DNA of 52,316 bases, counting the filler, from Squatina squatina (lineage: Eukaryota), in the NCBI GenBank assembly GCA_031763465.1. It is 2 parts of 2 records of this genome, joined end to end, with 100 filler letters (N's around TTAATTAATTAA, not from the genome) between each part and the next. Parts side by side here need not be neighbours in the genome. Positions count along the whole stretch, not along the records: positions 31,365 to 52,316 come from JARFOE010000203.1; 1 more part is not named here. The stretch is one strand, 5' to 3'. How positions within the stretch are numbered: the stretch's first letter is position 1; each line of letters begins with the position of its first letter. Shown piece by piece: positions 35,572-47,195 of this stretch. Made by a program: the position numbers and the translations under genes. Under the pieces are notes generated by a model that had not been told where the DNA came from, made no database searches, and saw only the letters and a list, made by a program, of their open reading frames with translations.

Positions 35572-35886
35572 ACTTGTATTTTTTTTGTTTGAAATGTAGA
35601 TGTGTTTTGGGGGGTGTTCCCATTCATGCTTATGGAGTTTCCGTACATCCAGACTCCCCATAAGCATGAATGGGAACCCCCTTTCACGCGTTGGACCAGC
35701 CCACGTGATCCCGGGCTCTCTGCGAACTACACGCGCCCCAGGGATACGCGAGCCTCTAGCCAAAGGTACCTGGAGAGGTCCAGGACCGCGAATCTCCGTA
35801 CCTCCCGACTACCAGGTACGCGGGCATTTTATTTGCAGACCTGAGGCATTTCCCTGCGGGAAGCCTCTGACCACAAATTCAGGGCC
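35572..35886. mobile_element. GC-rich MITE half with an internal perfect hairpin
   Basis: Ends ctgaccacaaattcagggcc (reverse complement GGCCCTGAATTTGTGGTCAG, Harbinger-like TIR); CpG-rich; 20-bp perfect inverted repeat at 35616-35635 / 35658-35677. Confidence 0.65.
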
Positions 35887-36025
35887 AACGTTTCTGGTCA
35901 ATAACCTTGCATTGAAACTGGAAAAGGTTGGAGATGTATCTTGTTTTAAGCAAGTACAAAGGCAAGAAAAGGTTGGGGGTGTGGGGCGGAAGAGGAGGAA
36001 AGAGCAAAAGGGAAGGGCTATATGT
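35887..36025 (-). mobile_element. Penelope-like terminal fragment with degenerate hammerhead, interrupted by the MITE
   Basis: aacgtttctggtcaataaccttgcattgaaactggaaaaggttggagatgta..ttttaagc is the reverse homologue of 40500-40555. Confidence 0.6.
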
Positions 36026-36757
36026 AAAGTCGATTGTAAAAGTTGTGAATAGTTGCATTCAGTCGGTCATATAAAATTGTTTTACAGAAGTGACTTATTC
36101 TGTATTTAATGTTAGAGTTAAACATTCATTTTTAATTGCACTTTACTCGCATTTTGAGACCTGTTCCTGAATAATGCCAAGATGAGTACATCATTATAAT
36201 AATTATTTCAGTCTTGGGAGCTGCTGCTTTCTTGTGAATCGTGAATATATAATCAAAAGAGGAGTGCATACAATCTCCCTAATTACATATTAATTCAGTT
36301 TATCAGGCAGTGTCCCCTCGTCCATGCTACTAATACATTGCAGTGTTGTCTTTCAGTTCATTTCTGATTACATGTATGAATCTGAGTGTTTAATGGATCA
36401 TGCATCTACTGATACCTGGAGTATGGTTCTTTCCATCCCATCGCCTGTAATAACTCTTCTTCCAGCTTCACTCTGTTGCATCTGTTCTGGTAACTTCACC
36501 TTAAGCATCAGAGCTCTTAAAATGTCCTCTTCTCTTAGCTGAAGATTCCCTTGGGCAGTGGTCAATAGGCCCCTTGACTGGGTCAGTCTTATTTCCAATC
36601 TTTCTGCTTTCATCCCTTCCCCCTTCTCTCTCAACCATGACAGGGTCCCCCTGTTCCNNNNNNNNNNNNNNNNNNNNNNNNNNNNNNNNNNNNNNNNNNN
36701 NNNNNNNNNNNNNNNNNNNNNNNNNNNNNNNNNNNNNNNNNNNNNNNNNNNNNNNNN

Positions 36758-36919
36758 TTGATTGAAGAATAAATATTGGCCCCAGGACACCGGGGAGAAC
36801 AAAATAGTGCTGTGGGATCTTTTCCATCCACCCAAGAGAGCAGACAGGGCCTCGGTTTAACGTCTCATCCGAAAGACAGCACCTCCCTCAGTACTGCACT
36901 GCAGTGTCAGCCTAGATTT
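36758..36919 (-). mobile_element. SINE internal fragment
   Basis: aaatattggccccaggacaccgggg..gggcctcggtttaacgtctcatccgaaagacagcacctccctcagtactgcactgcagtgtcagcctagattt is the reverse complement of 41485-41659. Confidence 0.9.
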
Positions 36920-37266
36920 CTGTAGCTGTCTTTCACAACAATAGATCCCCAAAGAGCAAAGCCATTACATTTTCTCAGTCTGTGAAAGAATAAGTTAAAC
37001 AAAATTAGCCAAAGTATAGTATAAGCATCATTTAAAAAAAAACAACTTGACAGTCTTGGTTTCTGTGACTTGCCCTTCAGGGCTGCAAGTTATGCACCCA
37101 ATGTCACGCAGTGGGTTATATTTCAGTAAATCACTAAGCACTCTCATGTGTCCTCTCCATAAACCACAGTGTGAGCCAGGCAGTCTGCTTAATATAAGCA
37201 GAGATAGCCCTGGGTGCCTCTATGATCATGTCACTTTGGCAGAGTATTTTAATTCATCTTACTCAC

Positions 37267-37322
37267 CATGCCTGATTCAATAAGCTCCCCAAGGCAATCC
37301 TCAGGACAATGTCACACAAAAA
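37267..37322 (-). other. Candidate 56-nt spliced exon on the minus strand (transcript unknown)
   Basis: Minus strand tttatttctgttgaatttctttag|TTTTTGTG...CAGGCATG|gtgagtaag. Confidence 0.3.
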
Positions 37323-37862
37323 CTAAAGAAATTCAACAGAAATAAATTGGGGAGAAAAAGAACGAAATTAATCAGAAATCTTTGTAAATATCTGATTCCT
37401 CGTAAGGGCCCTTCCTGATGGTGGGACACTCGTTAATCTACCACTTAATTTGAAGACTGTCAGCCTGCAGCAGATTGCTGATCGGGTCCTTCCATTACGT
37501 ATGTGGTGATAGCCTTTAACACTTCTTCCCCTGCAGTGTCTGTCATCACGGTGAGCTGATCTCCTTCCATTCTGAGTGCACAGTCCAGCCATTGCACACA
37601 TCCGTGTCAAATGATGTCAGAAGCAGATCTCGTACTCAGCCTACTCTCTTGTGTCCGGCAGCTGTCAGCGACATTAGCCTGTTGCTGTCTGTCCGCCGAC
37701 TCCAGATGGGATTTTGACATTCTCGTGCACAGTATGACCTCTAAAACGACAGATGATGTGTGNNNNNNNNNNNNNNNNNNNNNNNNNNNNNNNNNNNNNN
37801 NNNNNNNNNNNNNNNNNNNNNNNNNNNNNNNNNNNNNNNNNNNNNNNNNNNNNNNNNNNNNN

Positions 37863-38276
37863 AGGGACAGTACTGAGGGAGCGCTGCACTGTCAGAGGGA
37901 CAGTACTGAGGGAGTGCTGCACTGTCGGTGGGGCAGTACTGAGGGAGCGCTGCACTGTCAGAGGTGCCGTCTTTCTGATGAGACATTAAAGCAGGAACCT
38001 GTCCGCTCTCTCATGTGGATGTAAAAGATACCACGGCAATATTTCGAAGATGAGCAGGGGAGTTCTACTCGGTGTCCTGGGGCCAATATTTATCCCTCAA
38101 TCAACATAACAAATACAGATGATCTGGTCATTAACACATTGCTGTTTGTGAGAGCTTGCTGTGCGTAAATTGGCCTCCGCGTTTCCCACATTGCAACATT
38201 CAAAAAGTACTTCCTTGGCTGGAAAGCACTTCGGTGGTCGTGAAAGGCATTATGGAACTGCAAGTCTTTCTTTCTT
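37863..38276 (+). mobile_element. SINE with internal ~33-bp tandem repeats, Deu-type core and L2-like tail
   Basis: Three copies of ggg(a/g)cagtactgagggag(c/t)gctgcactgtc, then gaggtgccgtctttc..tcctggggccaatatttatccctc..tctggtcatt..caaaaagtacttc..gaaaggc. Confidence 0.92.
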
Positions 38277-40489
38277 TCTGAAAGGTCATTATGTCAAAGG
38301 AAAATGGATCCGTGACTCAAAAGTTTTGATCTTTTTGACTAAAGAGAACTACTGCAAGAAAAGATCACTAACTATCTGTACACTCGCCAATTTGACCAGT
38401 TAAAGAAGAAACGGACTGAATTCGGAGGCAGCTTCTACTGGCTCCTTTTGACCTTAGCAACAAAGGTTGACTTGTCATGAACACAATAGTGCAACACCAC
38501 ATTCTAGCACTCGAATACTAATTAGAAGTTCAGTAGCTGGATTCACGCAGCAGCCAACACAAACAATAGTCTCTAGGGAGCTCAGTAGGAGCTGGAACTA
38601 CACTGAATTGCTTCTGACAGTAGGTTGTAGAATTCATCCAGCTTCTATATTTGTGCTTGATTGGGGAAAAAAAAATTGTTGTGCTCAGAGCTATGACAGA
38701 AGAGAACAGGTTTTTCCTGCTGCTGAAAATGGATGAAATTTTCATCGTAATCAATATATAACAAAGGGGACATCATAGCTGGGAATCGACTCTTTAATTC
38801 CCTGCTGGTTTCGCCGCTGTCTGGGTCTGACCTGTTTATCTGCGCTCTGACCTCTCCCTCCTGCCTGAGCCGCCGTCTCTGCAGTTCCTCCTTTCCTGAT
38901 GAAATGAAACAATTTTTTTCCGGTTATTGCGATTTAAATGGTGGGAAGTTTCGGGCGGGGCTCCATTGCCGCTGATCGTTCTGCCTGATGTTCCTTCACG
39001 CGCTGTGTCCCAGCCTGCATTCCAATACACCCAAGCACAAGGACAGGAAAATCTGCTGGAGGTCTTTTTTTTTGTCAGGGGAGNNNNNNNNNNNNNNNNN
39101 NNNNNNNNNNNNNNNNNNNNNNNNNNNNNNNNNNNNNNNNNNNNNNNNNNNNNNNNNNNNNNNNNNNNNNNNNNNNNNNNNNNTACACTAACGTCCCTCA
39201 CTGTGACAAGCACACGGTTCTGCAAAATTAAAGAAGCGAAAAATTAAACTTGGATCGAATCGACTTGAGTCTCTGTGTTTTTGGCTGCTTGCTCATCTCT
39301 AGTGTATTGATTGATTCCCTATTTTAATGTCATAGTTCGAGCAGTGGCTTACAGGAACAAAAAATAAGCCATCGATTGTGAACGACTGTTGGAGTTCCAG
39401 TGGGCACTATAAACCCTGACTATAAATAACCTGTTCTGCATTTACAGCGACTGTGAATTACAACGTACAATTTAAGCATTTTGAATGAACTGAATGAGCT
39501 CTCTGGCAGAGAACTGACAGATTTGAACAGTTCTGGGCGCTTGGGGTTTCTTTGTCCTGACGGCGAAATAGGTCCATTTATACTGCAGATTTACCTTGTA
39601 AGTGACTCTCCTGAGGTTTAATCACAGCCTCGTATTCTTGGTCACATCTGGCGCTACCGGTTCGATTTTAATAAAAGCCAAGATAAAGCATGCTCAAGCC
39701 ACAATTTAAAGGTTTCCAGTGGACCAGGCGTCACAAACTGGTGATAAACCTTAAGTCNNNNNNNNNNNNNNNNNNNNNNNNNNNNNNNNNNNNNNNNNNN
39801 NNNNNNNNNNNNNNNNNNNNNNNNNNNNNNNNNNNNNNNNNNNNNNNNNNNNNNNNNACTAAGAGTTATTGAAAAGCAGCTGGACAAGGCAATGGGATGG
39901 CTGCTTGTTGGTGACAGGAAGAGATGGATGCAGAGCCTCTGAAGAAGCTGCCATTTTGATTTAGGAGGCACCCAGGACTACTGACACATCTGGCTATCTG
40001 TATTTCAGCTTATTATCTTTCACGACATATTTCTCGGTTTGCAGGGCACATACGAGGAGAATGGGACGGGTTTTTCTGTAGAACTAATGGTGCGGCTAAC
40101 AGCAGTTGCCGTTATCAAGGTGTAAATCAGACAGCTACTTCCAGTGACCGCACATGCGCAGTTAACCGCGGAAATCAGTAAGTTAGTGTCCAAGATGCCC
40201 TGCTCCTCCAGAAGCTGGCTTGGAACGACGAGAGGTTGGGGTACTTGTGATATATACACATTAAACTTGCCAGAAAAAGTTACAGCTTGTCCATTGCAGT
40301 GCAAGTAATTTTTTAACGGCATGATGAGCCATAATTACTGCCAAACAACCTCTCTGACCCTGAAAATGAACTCATATAAGTGTGACATCNNNNNNNNNNN
40401 NNNNNNNNNNNNNNNNNNNNNNNNNNNNNNNNNNNNNNNNNNNNNNNNNNNNNNNNNNNNNNNNNNNNNNNNNNNNNNNNNNNNNNNNN

Positions 40490-40624
40490 TTAAAAACCTG
40501 TTACATCTCCAACTTTATCCAGTTCTGACAGAAGGCTCTTCAACCTGAAACGTTGTGACTCTTGTTCCTCTCTCCACAGATGCCCCCTGACCTGCTGAGT
40601 ATTTCCAGCATTTTCTGTTTTTCC
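40490..40624 (+). mobile_element. Penelope-like element terminal fragment
   Basis: ccagttctgacagaagg..cctgaaacgtt..ctctctccacagatgc..tgacctgctgagtatttccagcattttctgtttt; hammerhead core degenerate (CTGACAGA). Confidence 0.65.
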
Positions 40625-40840
40625 CCAGAGAGTGCTTAGAATGTAGAACTTGCTGCTCCAGAGAGTAGTTGAGGCGAATAGTATAAATACCTTTAAGGGG
40701 AAGCTGGGTAAGTACATGAGGGGAAAATGGAAGAGGAATCTGTTGATGGGATTGGATGAGGTAGGGTGGAAGGAGGCTCGTGTGGGCCAGTTGGGCTGAA
40801 TGGCCAGTTTCTGTGCTGTGAATTCTATTTAATTCTCTGT
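40625..40840 (+). mobile_element. CR1 LINE 3' end
   Basis: QRVLRM*NLLLQRVVEANSINTFKGKLGKYM, then ggctgaatggccagtttctgtgctgt and an (attctat)-type tail. Confidence 0.88.
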
Positions 40841-41400
40841 AGGTACAAAGGACAGATTCCTGACAACATAACTGCTTTAAGGCAGCCAGCAGTGGCCTCC
40901 ACCCCTCTTGCTCTCGACTGTGAAGGGTGAGCGGTGGCACGCAGTAGCTCACTTCTGCCAGAAAAATTCATTTATAAGAGATGACTAGTTGCTAGAAAAT
41001 GTGATATTTTTCACTGTTTGCCTGATACTTTTGACAGACCTATTAATTCACAGTGAGGTATCTTGTGAGTCGGTGGCACCCTGGCATTTCTCTAAAATAT
41101 TGAGGCATTTGGCTTCTTTGCTCATTAATTTTCACAAACAGGTTTTGCGGAGACAGAATCTACACTGCAAATCTATTCATATGTTTTGTGTGATCAATTG
41201 TGCTAGCAACACTGACCAGGCAACCGACACCTCACATACCTGTTACTGATGATGATAAAGAACATGTAGCCCTGGGAGTGGTAGGTTGCCTGTGAGTCCA
41301 GTCCAATAACTCTGTTTTCTACAAAGTTATTCTTTACCTATCAGAAGCAGAAAATATTCACATCCAATATGAACTATTTATTCATCTATTGGCTCTAATT

Positions 41401-41659
41401 TAGCCGTGGCTCAGTGGGTAGCACTCTCGTCGTAGTCAGAAGGTTGTGGTTTCAAGTCCCACTCCAAAGACTTAAAACACAAAAATCTAGGCTGACACTC
41501 CCAGTGCGGTGCTGAGGGAGTGCTGCACTGTCAGAGGTGCCGTCTTTCAGATGAGCCGTTAAACCGAGGCCCCGTCTGCTCTCTCAGGTGGACGTGAAAA
41601 ATCCCACGGACACCATTTTGAAGAAGAGCAGGTATCCCTGGTGTCCTGGGGCCAATATT
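41401..41659 (+). mobile_element. SINE 5' half with tRNA-derived head
   Basis: A box TGGCTCAGTGG (41407) and B-box-like GGTTTCAAGTCC, followed by the body shared with 36758 and 37863. Confidence 0.92.
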
Positions 41660-41759
41660 NNNNNNNNNNNNNNNNNNNNNNNNNNNNNNNNNNNNNNNNN
41701 NNNNNNNNNNNNNNNNNNNNNNNNNNNNNNNNNNNNNNNNNNNNNNNNNNNNNNNNNNN

Positions 41760-42060
41760 CTGGTGTGACAGGCTGGTGGCCCAGTGTCCAGCCGTGGGGA
41801 GCTGTCAGGACGGCCGGTGGCCCCTCCCCGTTAAGGGAGGCCTGGCTGCTGCTGACATGAGTACGCAATGCACTGACACGGTGCTTGTGATGTCACTCGC
41901 ATGGTGCTGAGGTCACGCCAGCAGCCTCCAAGGCCAGCCGCCCCAGTTGCATGTGGGAGCGCGCTGCGGCTCACAGGCGCCCCAGACTGATGAATTCTGC
42001 GAGGGGTGGGACGGGTGCCTGAAGAGCGCCCCAATAGGGCGCCAATCAATTTCTAGCCCC
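41760..42060 (-). mobile_element. GC-rich MITE end
   Basis: CpG-rich block ending ccaatcaatttctagcccc (reverse complement GGGGCTAGAAATTGATTGG). Confidence 0.55.
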
Positions 42061-44399
42061 AAGTCTTTCTTTCTTTTTATACTTTTACCAATTGTGTTGA
42101 ATGATACTTGTGCCATATATGGGAACAGGAATGAGCAAATCAGAGAAGTGGTGGACTCACTCCTCATCTTCCTCAACCCAATCCTTAGTTAGTGCTTTGA
42201 GGCAGTGGGGTAATATCCCTTTCCTCATCATCTGTGTCATTGCATTTGCCTGTACCCCCCCCGCCCCACCCCACTCCATTTCCACTCCTCGTTGGGACTC
42301 CTCCCCTCCTCACCAACATCCTGAGACAGTGCGATCATTCTCTTCCCCCTCCATCTCCTTCACCATATCCTTTTGTTGCTGTTGAGACTTTTGGTCTTAA
42401 TATCATTGTGCAAATACTGCACTTGTGCATAGTTCTGTCATTTACATTTCTTAATGCTAATATCAGTCCAGGAGTTCTGAAATTAACACACTTGAAATTT
42501 TTCTACCAGTATATTCCCCAGCCATGTTGAAGTTGGACTTGTGCTGTGAATTGTTCTCGATGTTAAACCTCCTCCAATATTTGCAATACCCTATTAATTT
42601 TGTTTAATAGTAAATTTTAATATCACGGCAGTGCTGAATATAACTCATGCCCGCTGAAAATTAATAGAAACATGTCATTTGGGCTGTGAGTCACTCCACA
42701 GGATTTACTGTGGATGTGAACCAAATCTTCCCTGCCCAGTGGAGTGATGATCTGCACTGGGCAAAGTTAGAGCTAATACACCCCTGCCAATTAGCACTTA
42801 ACAGTTGGCAGGTCCAAAGCATTATTACTTTAATGAAATCAGCCTTAGAAAGCATGCTAGGAGCTGAGGGATCACTCACTGTTGTAGGACAGAAACTGCG
42901 TTTCACAGGTGACTGTGAGTTCCAGCTATTCTATCACTCCTCCGCTAGGCCATCAATGTCAGCGAGTGTTGCCTGGGATGAGTCAATGTGCNNNNNNNNN
43001 NNNNNNNNNNNNNNNNNNNNNNNNNNNNNNNNNNNNNNNNNNNNNNNNNNNNNNNNNNNNNNNNNNNNNNNNNNNNNNNNNNNNNNNNNNNCTGCCGGTG
43101 CAACCTTCACCTGTGGTGTGACCAACTGACTGAACGTGGTATCCACGATGTCCTCAGCATCGCGGATGCTCCAGAGTGAACCCAACCACAACTCCAGCTG
43201 CTCAATACGGTTATTGCCAAGTTATGCCTGTAGTGAAGCTGAGCTTGGAATAAGTTTTTTCTTACTGTCATATTTAAAGGAGAAACTGTTGATATTTTGT
43301 GGAAACTGTTCCTTGATGTTCCAGCTACCATCCTACCTTCCTTTACAGTGTGTGACACTGATTAATGTCACAGAAATGGTGTGATGCAAATCGCAACATA
43401 TGTTCCTTGTGCTGTGCAGGAATTTGTTTTTGTTTGTTTGTCTGTAACCTATGTTTTGCCGTGTGTGGGTGAATGTGCACAATGTGCAGCATTTTGCTTT
43501 CTATTCGATGGGGACAATCCCATTCTCAGTTCCTGGAAAAATGCTTCTTAAATGTTCACTTGAGATTTTGATTTTCATGATCTCCTGTCACTCGGAGCTC
43601 CATGTTTTTCAAGAAAATAATTCCAGTTGGTAAATAAAAGTGTTAATTGGGGAGATGCTAAAGATGGCAGTGAAAATACAATTTGGAATAATATTTTTTC
43701 CCAAGAATTTTAATCATGTGATCTTCATATTAAAGCAATTCCTCGCACTGCCAGCTTTGAACTCAACAGGTTTCCTCACCCCCTGTTAAGCCGTTTGAGA
43801 CTGTGAGTGAAATTACAGTGCTTCAGTCCTCCCAGAACAGAAGACATACGGCATTTACATTTCTGTATGCTCCTTTGTGCCATCTAAAATCTATTATCCC
43901 TCGGCAGTGACTACTGGACAACGTACAAAATTACATGACCTCATTGTTCAGTTTNNNNNNNNNNNNNNNNNNNNNNNNNNNNNNNNNNNNNNNNNNNNNN
44001 NNNNNNNNNNNNNNNNNNNNNNNNNNNNNNNNNNNNNNNNNNNNNNNNNNNNNNGGGAATATTACTGCAGGGGAAGAGAAGCTTTGTGTAGCTGCCTTTG
44101 TTCACCTGAGGTTCAGTGCTGCACTGTTACTGCGGTCCTAATGTCACTCGTGAACGATTTTCTCTTGTGACCGGTCACTGGTTGAATTCCAGCTGTGCAG
44201 CGGCCAGGAGCAAAGCCGATGCCATTGCTCCGTGGTAAAGTAGAAAGGATACTGTTCAGATTTAGGGACTGTTTATAAAAATGTGAAGAATTTCAAGACT
44301 GACAGCATTTCATATCATAATTCTAGCATCGTGCCCGAGATCCACAGGATAAGCCACACTATTGAAGTAGATTCCGCATACGTGTTTTAGTTTCTGTGC

Positions 44400-44860
44400 T
44401 CGATGCACATTATGCTTGACATCATGATTCATGCAGTGAAATTGCAATGATGAATGATTCTTGCAGCCTCCTAACCCTAAAGCAACAATGCTGTCACTTT
44501 AATTGAAGCTTTCTACATGCACCTTCACATTGGCTTCAGCGCTCCATTTCAAAGCTCTAATCGCATCAATGCACAGCCATGACCACTGGGTTCTGTTCCT
44601 GAAGAAAACAGCAACTGGGGAATAACGCTTTCTGAGCAAGCGAAGTGGCATTAATTGTGTTCTCATTATAATTGGCAGGCCCCTGTCACTCCCTTTCTGC
44701 GTGATTAATGAATGGACAAACTGCCATGAGTGCGACTGAAACGACTGCTCCTCTATTCCCTCCTATTTCCTCTAATTCACATGAAGCCAACTTGCTGTAA
44801 TTTAAATGCCAGGTAGAAACGGCATGTCATCTATATCTGATTGCAGTGCCGCTGGTTCCA
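44400..44860. promoter_or_regulatory. Candidate conserved non-coding element downstream of QKI
   Basis: Repeat-free, with clustered TTAATTG, ATAATTGG, TGATTAAT and TGTCA (TALE-class) motifs. Conservation untested. Confidence 0.3.
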
Positions 44861-45079
44861 GAGGTCTCCAGGTATCAGACCCCATCCCATACTCGGTGGA
44901 AGGAGACGGGATCGAATGTTGTTGCCAGTGAACTGCTGAGACCATGACTGTGCGCGCTCCTAATTCAAACATCCCAATGGTGGGGGAAGGGGGAAGTCCT
45001 CAGCCGAATCTATAGCACGCAGTGTTTATTTACATCTGCAAGTTGGAATGTTGCATTTTTAGGGAGGGAGAACACAGTT

Positions 45080-45142
45080 AAAAGAAATACTTGCATTTCT
45101 ATAGCGCCGTTCACGACCTCAGGACATCCCAAAGCGCTTTAC
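45080..45142 (-). mobile_element. SINE 3' tail
   Basis: acttgcatttctatagcgccgttcacgacctcaggacatcccaaagcgctttac. Confidence 0.85.
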
Positions 45143-46562
45143 NNNNNNNNNNNNNNNNNNNNNNNNNNNNNNNNNNNNNNNNNNNNNNNNNNNNNNNNNN
45201 NNNNNNNNNNNNNNNNNNNNNNNNNNNNNNNNNNNNNNNNNNGGAGCACAGTGATGGCCTTCACCTCGGAAAAGGCTGGAAGATTATAGCTCTCCATTAG
45301 TTTGTGGAAATCCATGTTTTATTGGGGCCAGTTCTTCTTAATCTCTTAGCCTCAATATAATATATCCAGAGGCCCTTTCTCTATCACTTTGAGGCAAGTA
45401 CCAAGCTTATGACAAAAGCTGTTATTTTGTTAACTCACTGGTTTCAGAAGCCGAAACATGCTTTCCCTGTTCACCATCATCTGTAGTACCATGAAATCTG
45501 GCTCTTTGTTGAAGCGTGCCTACCTTGCTCCTGTGGTGTCCTCATACTACTGCTGGAGGTGAAGATGCTGCTTCCCTCAGTCACTTTTTCTTTAAACCCC
45601 GGCTACAAAGCCACCCGTTCAAAAATGGCTAAATTGGAGAGTATCAGCGGCAGGTTGAGGAAACAGCACCAGTGCACCATTTCAACAACACAAAGCTAGC
45701 TGAATAACCACTTAATCCAACCACCATCTATCTGACACCTTCCAGTTATTTGGAAGGCAGAGTTGGAGATACTCACCAACTGCTATCGGTGCAATATATC
45801 TGAGTGGAGTTTCTTTAGGGCTATATATCGGGATCTTCCTCTCTTGACATACTTGTTTTACCGTCAAAGTTGAATAAATAATGCTTTAATTTTAAAAAGT
45901 GGATGAATTTTCGGGCTCCCTGGTGCCTCAACGCCATGGCACAAAAAGCGACCGGTGATCACAATTTTCCTCAGCGTCTGTAGCTAAGTTTAATTAATGA
46001 TGCTGTAAAGGTGAATACACAGAATCCATAATGAGGAGTACGGAACACTCAGTTATTTACCTCATAAAGAAAAAAATCCCAGATCTCCAGTCATCTTCAC
46101 TTGTGGAAGGAAGCAGTTATTGCCCTGACACCCATTGTGCATTCTCCATGCATCTGTCCCATGTTAAATTGGAATCCATTTCAGCAACAGCAGCACAGTG
46201 AAAGCTCGATACCCGTGTTAGGATTGAACACTGATGAAAATTGACAGAGAATCACAGTTTGCAAATTTGAATTGAGAAACAAACACGGCAACATTTAGCA
46301 CAAGTTTATTTACACTCAGCCGGTTTGACACTGCTGGTAAATCATAATTAAGCTATTCTGAGATGCAGACGATATTTTCATTTGACAGGTGAGCATCAAA
46401 GGTTTAATGTTTGATGTTTGAAGACTGCTGCACTTAACAAAGCATTTACATTTGTTACAGAAAATAGCTGTGTATGTATTAATGTGCATGTGTATCTGAT
46501 ATATAATGCACACACTCTGGCCTCTCTTTTTAAGCTATTGTTTCCCTTTCACCTGATATGCG

Positions 46563-46746
46563 TCAGCTATGGCTCAGTGGGTAGCACACTCGCCTCTGAG
46601 TCAGAAGATTGTGGGTTTAAATCCCACTCCAGGACCTAAGCACATTAAATCTAGGCTGGTACTCCAGTCCACTACTGAGTGAGTGCTGCACTGTCGGAGG
46701 GGCAGTACTGAGGGAGCGCTGCACTGTTGGAGGGATAGTACTGAGG
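46563..46746 (+). mobile_element. SINE 5' half with tRNA head and ~33-bp tandem repeats
   Basis: tggctcagtgggtagcacactcgcctctgagtcagaagattgtgggtttaaatcccactcc, then repeated cagtactgagggagcgctgcactgt running into a gap. Confidence 0.92.
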
Positions 46747-46846
46747 NNNNNNNNNNNNNNNNNNNNNNNNNNNNNNNNNNNNNNNNNNNNNNNNNNNNNN
46801 NNNNNNNNNNNNNNNNNNNNNNNNNNNNNNNNNNNNNNNNNNNNNN

Positions 46847-47195
46847 TTATCTACCTGTCACGGATCTGGAGACGTGTAGTCCAAGCTCCCTCTGTTCCTC
46901 TTCACTTCTCAGTATACTGACAGTTATTCTGTATCCCCTTGCCTTGTTAGTCCTCCCCAAACGCATTACTTCACACTTCTCTGGATTGAATTCCATTTGC
47001 CACTTTTCTGCCCACCCATTTATATCTTCCTTCAGCCTACAGCTTTCTTCCGCACTACCAATTCACATCTTCAAACTTCCTAATTGTGTCCCTACATTGA
47101 AGTTTAAATCACTGATATATATATATATATCTACCGTAAAAAGCAAGATACTTCGTACTGAACCCGTGGAACCCTACTGGAAACAGCCTTCCAGT
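46847..47195 (-). mobile_element. CR1 LINE RT fragment, decayed
   Basis: Reverse strand WKAVSSRVP..IYISDL..SAEESCRLKEDINGWAEKWQMEFNPEKCEVMRLGRTNKARGY..EEQRELGLHV. Confidence 0.9.

Noticed and set aside
35600-36052. 150-aa ORF
   Set aside because: It spans a MITE and a Penelope-end fragment and shows no recognisable protein motif.
36330-36657. Possible CR1 endonuclease relic on the minus strand (..RRVITGD..)
   Set aside because: Similarity is too weak to support by eye; it needs a profile search.
37863-37965. CRISPR-like array
   Set aside because: Head-to-tail ~33-bp units without unique spacers, inside a eukaryotic SINE, with no cas genes.
40046-40180. Plus-strand exon candidate (GTYEENGTGFSVELMVRLTAVAVIK)
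   Set aside because: Acceptor is plausible but the donor is ambiguous, no protein is recognised, and it lies downstream of the QKI terminal exon.
40521-40560. Second and third functional hammerheads (also 35887-35915)
   Set aside because: The CUGANGA core and stem II are disrupted, so they are recorded as decayed copies only.
41401-41470. tRNA gene (also at 46563-46630)
   Set aside because: A/B boxes run straight into SINE body; there is no clean cloverleaf or acceptor stem, so these are SINE heads.
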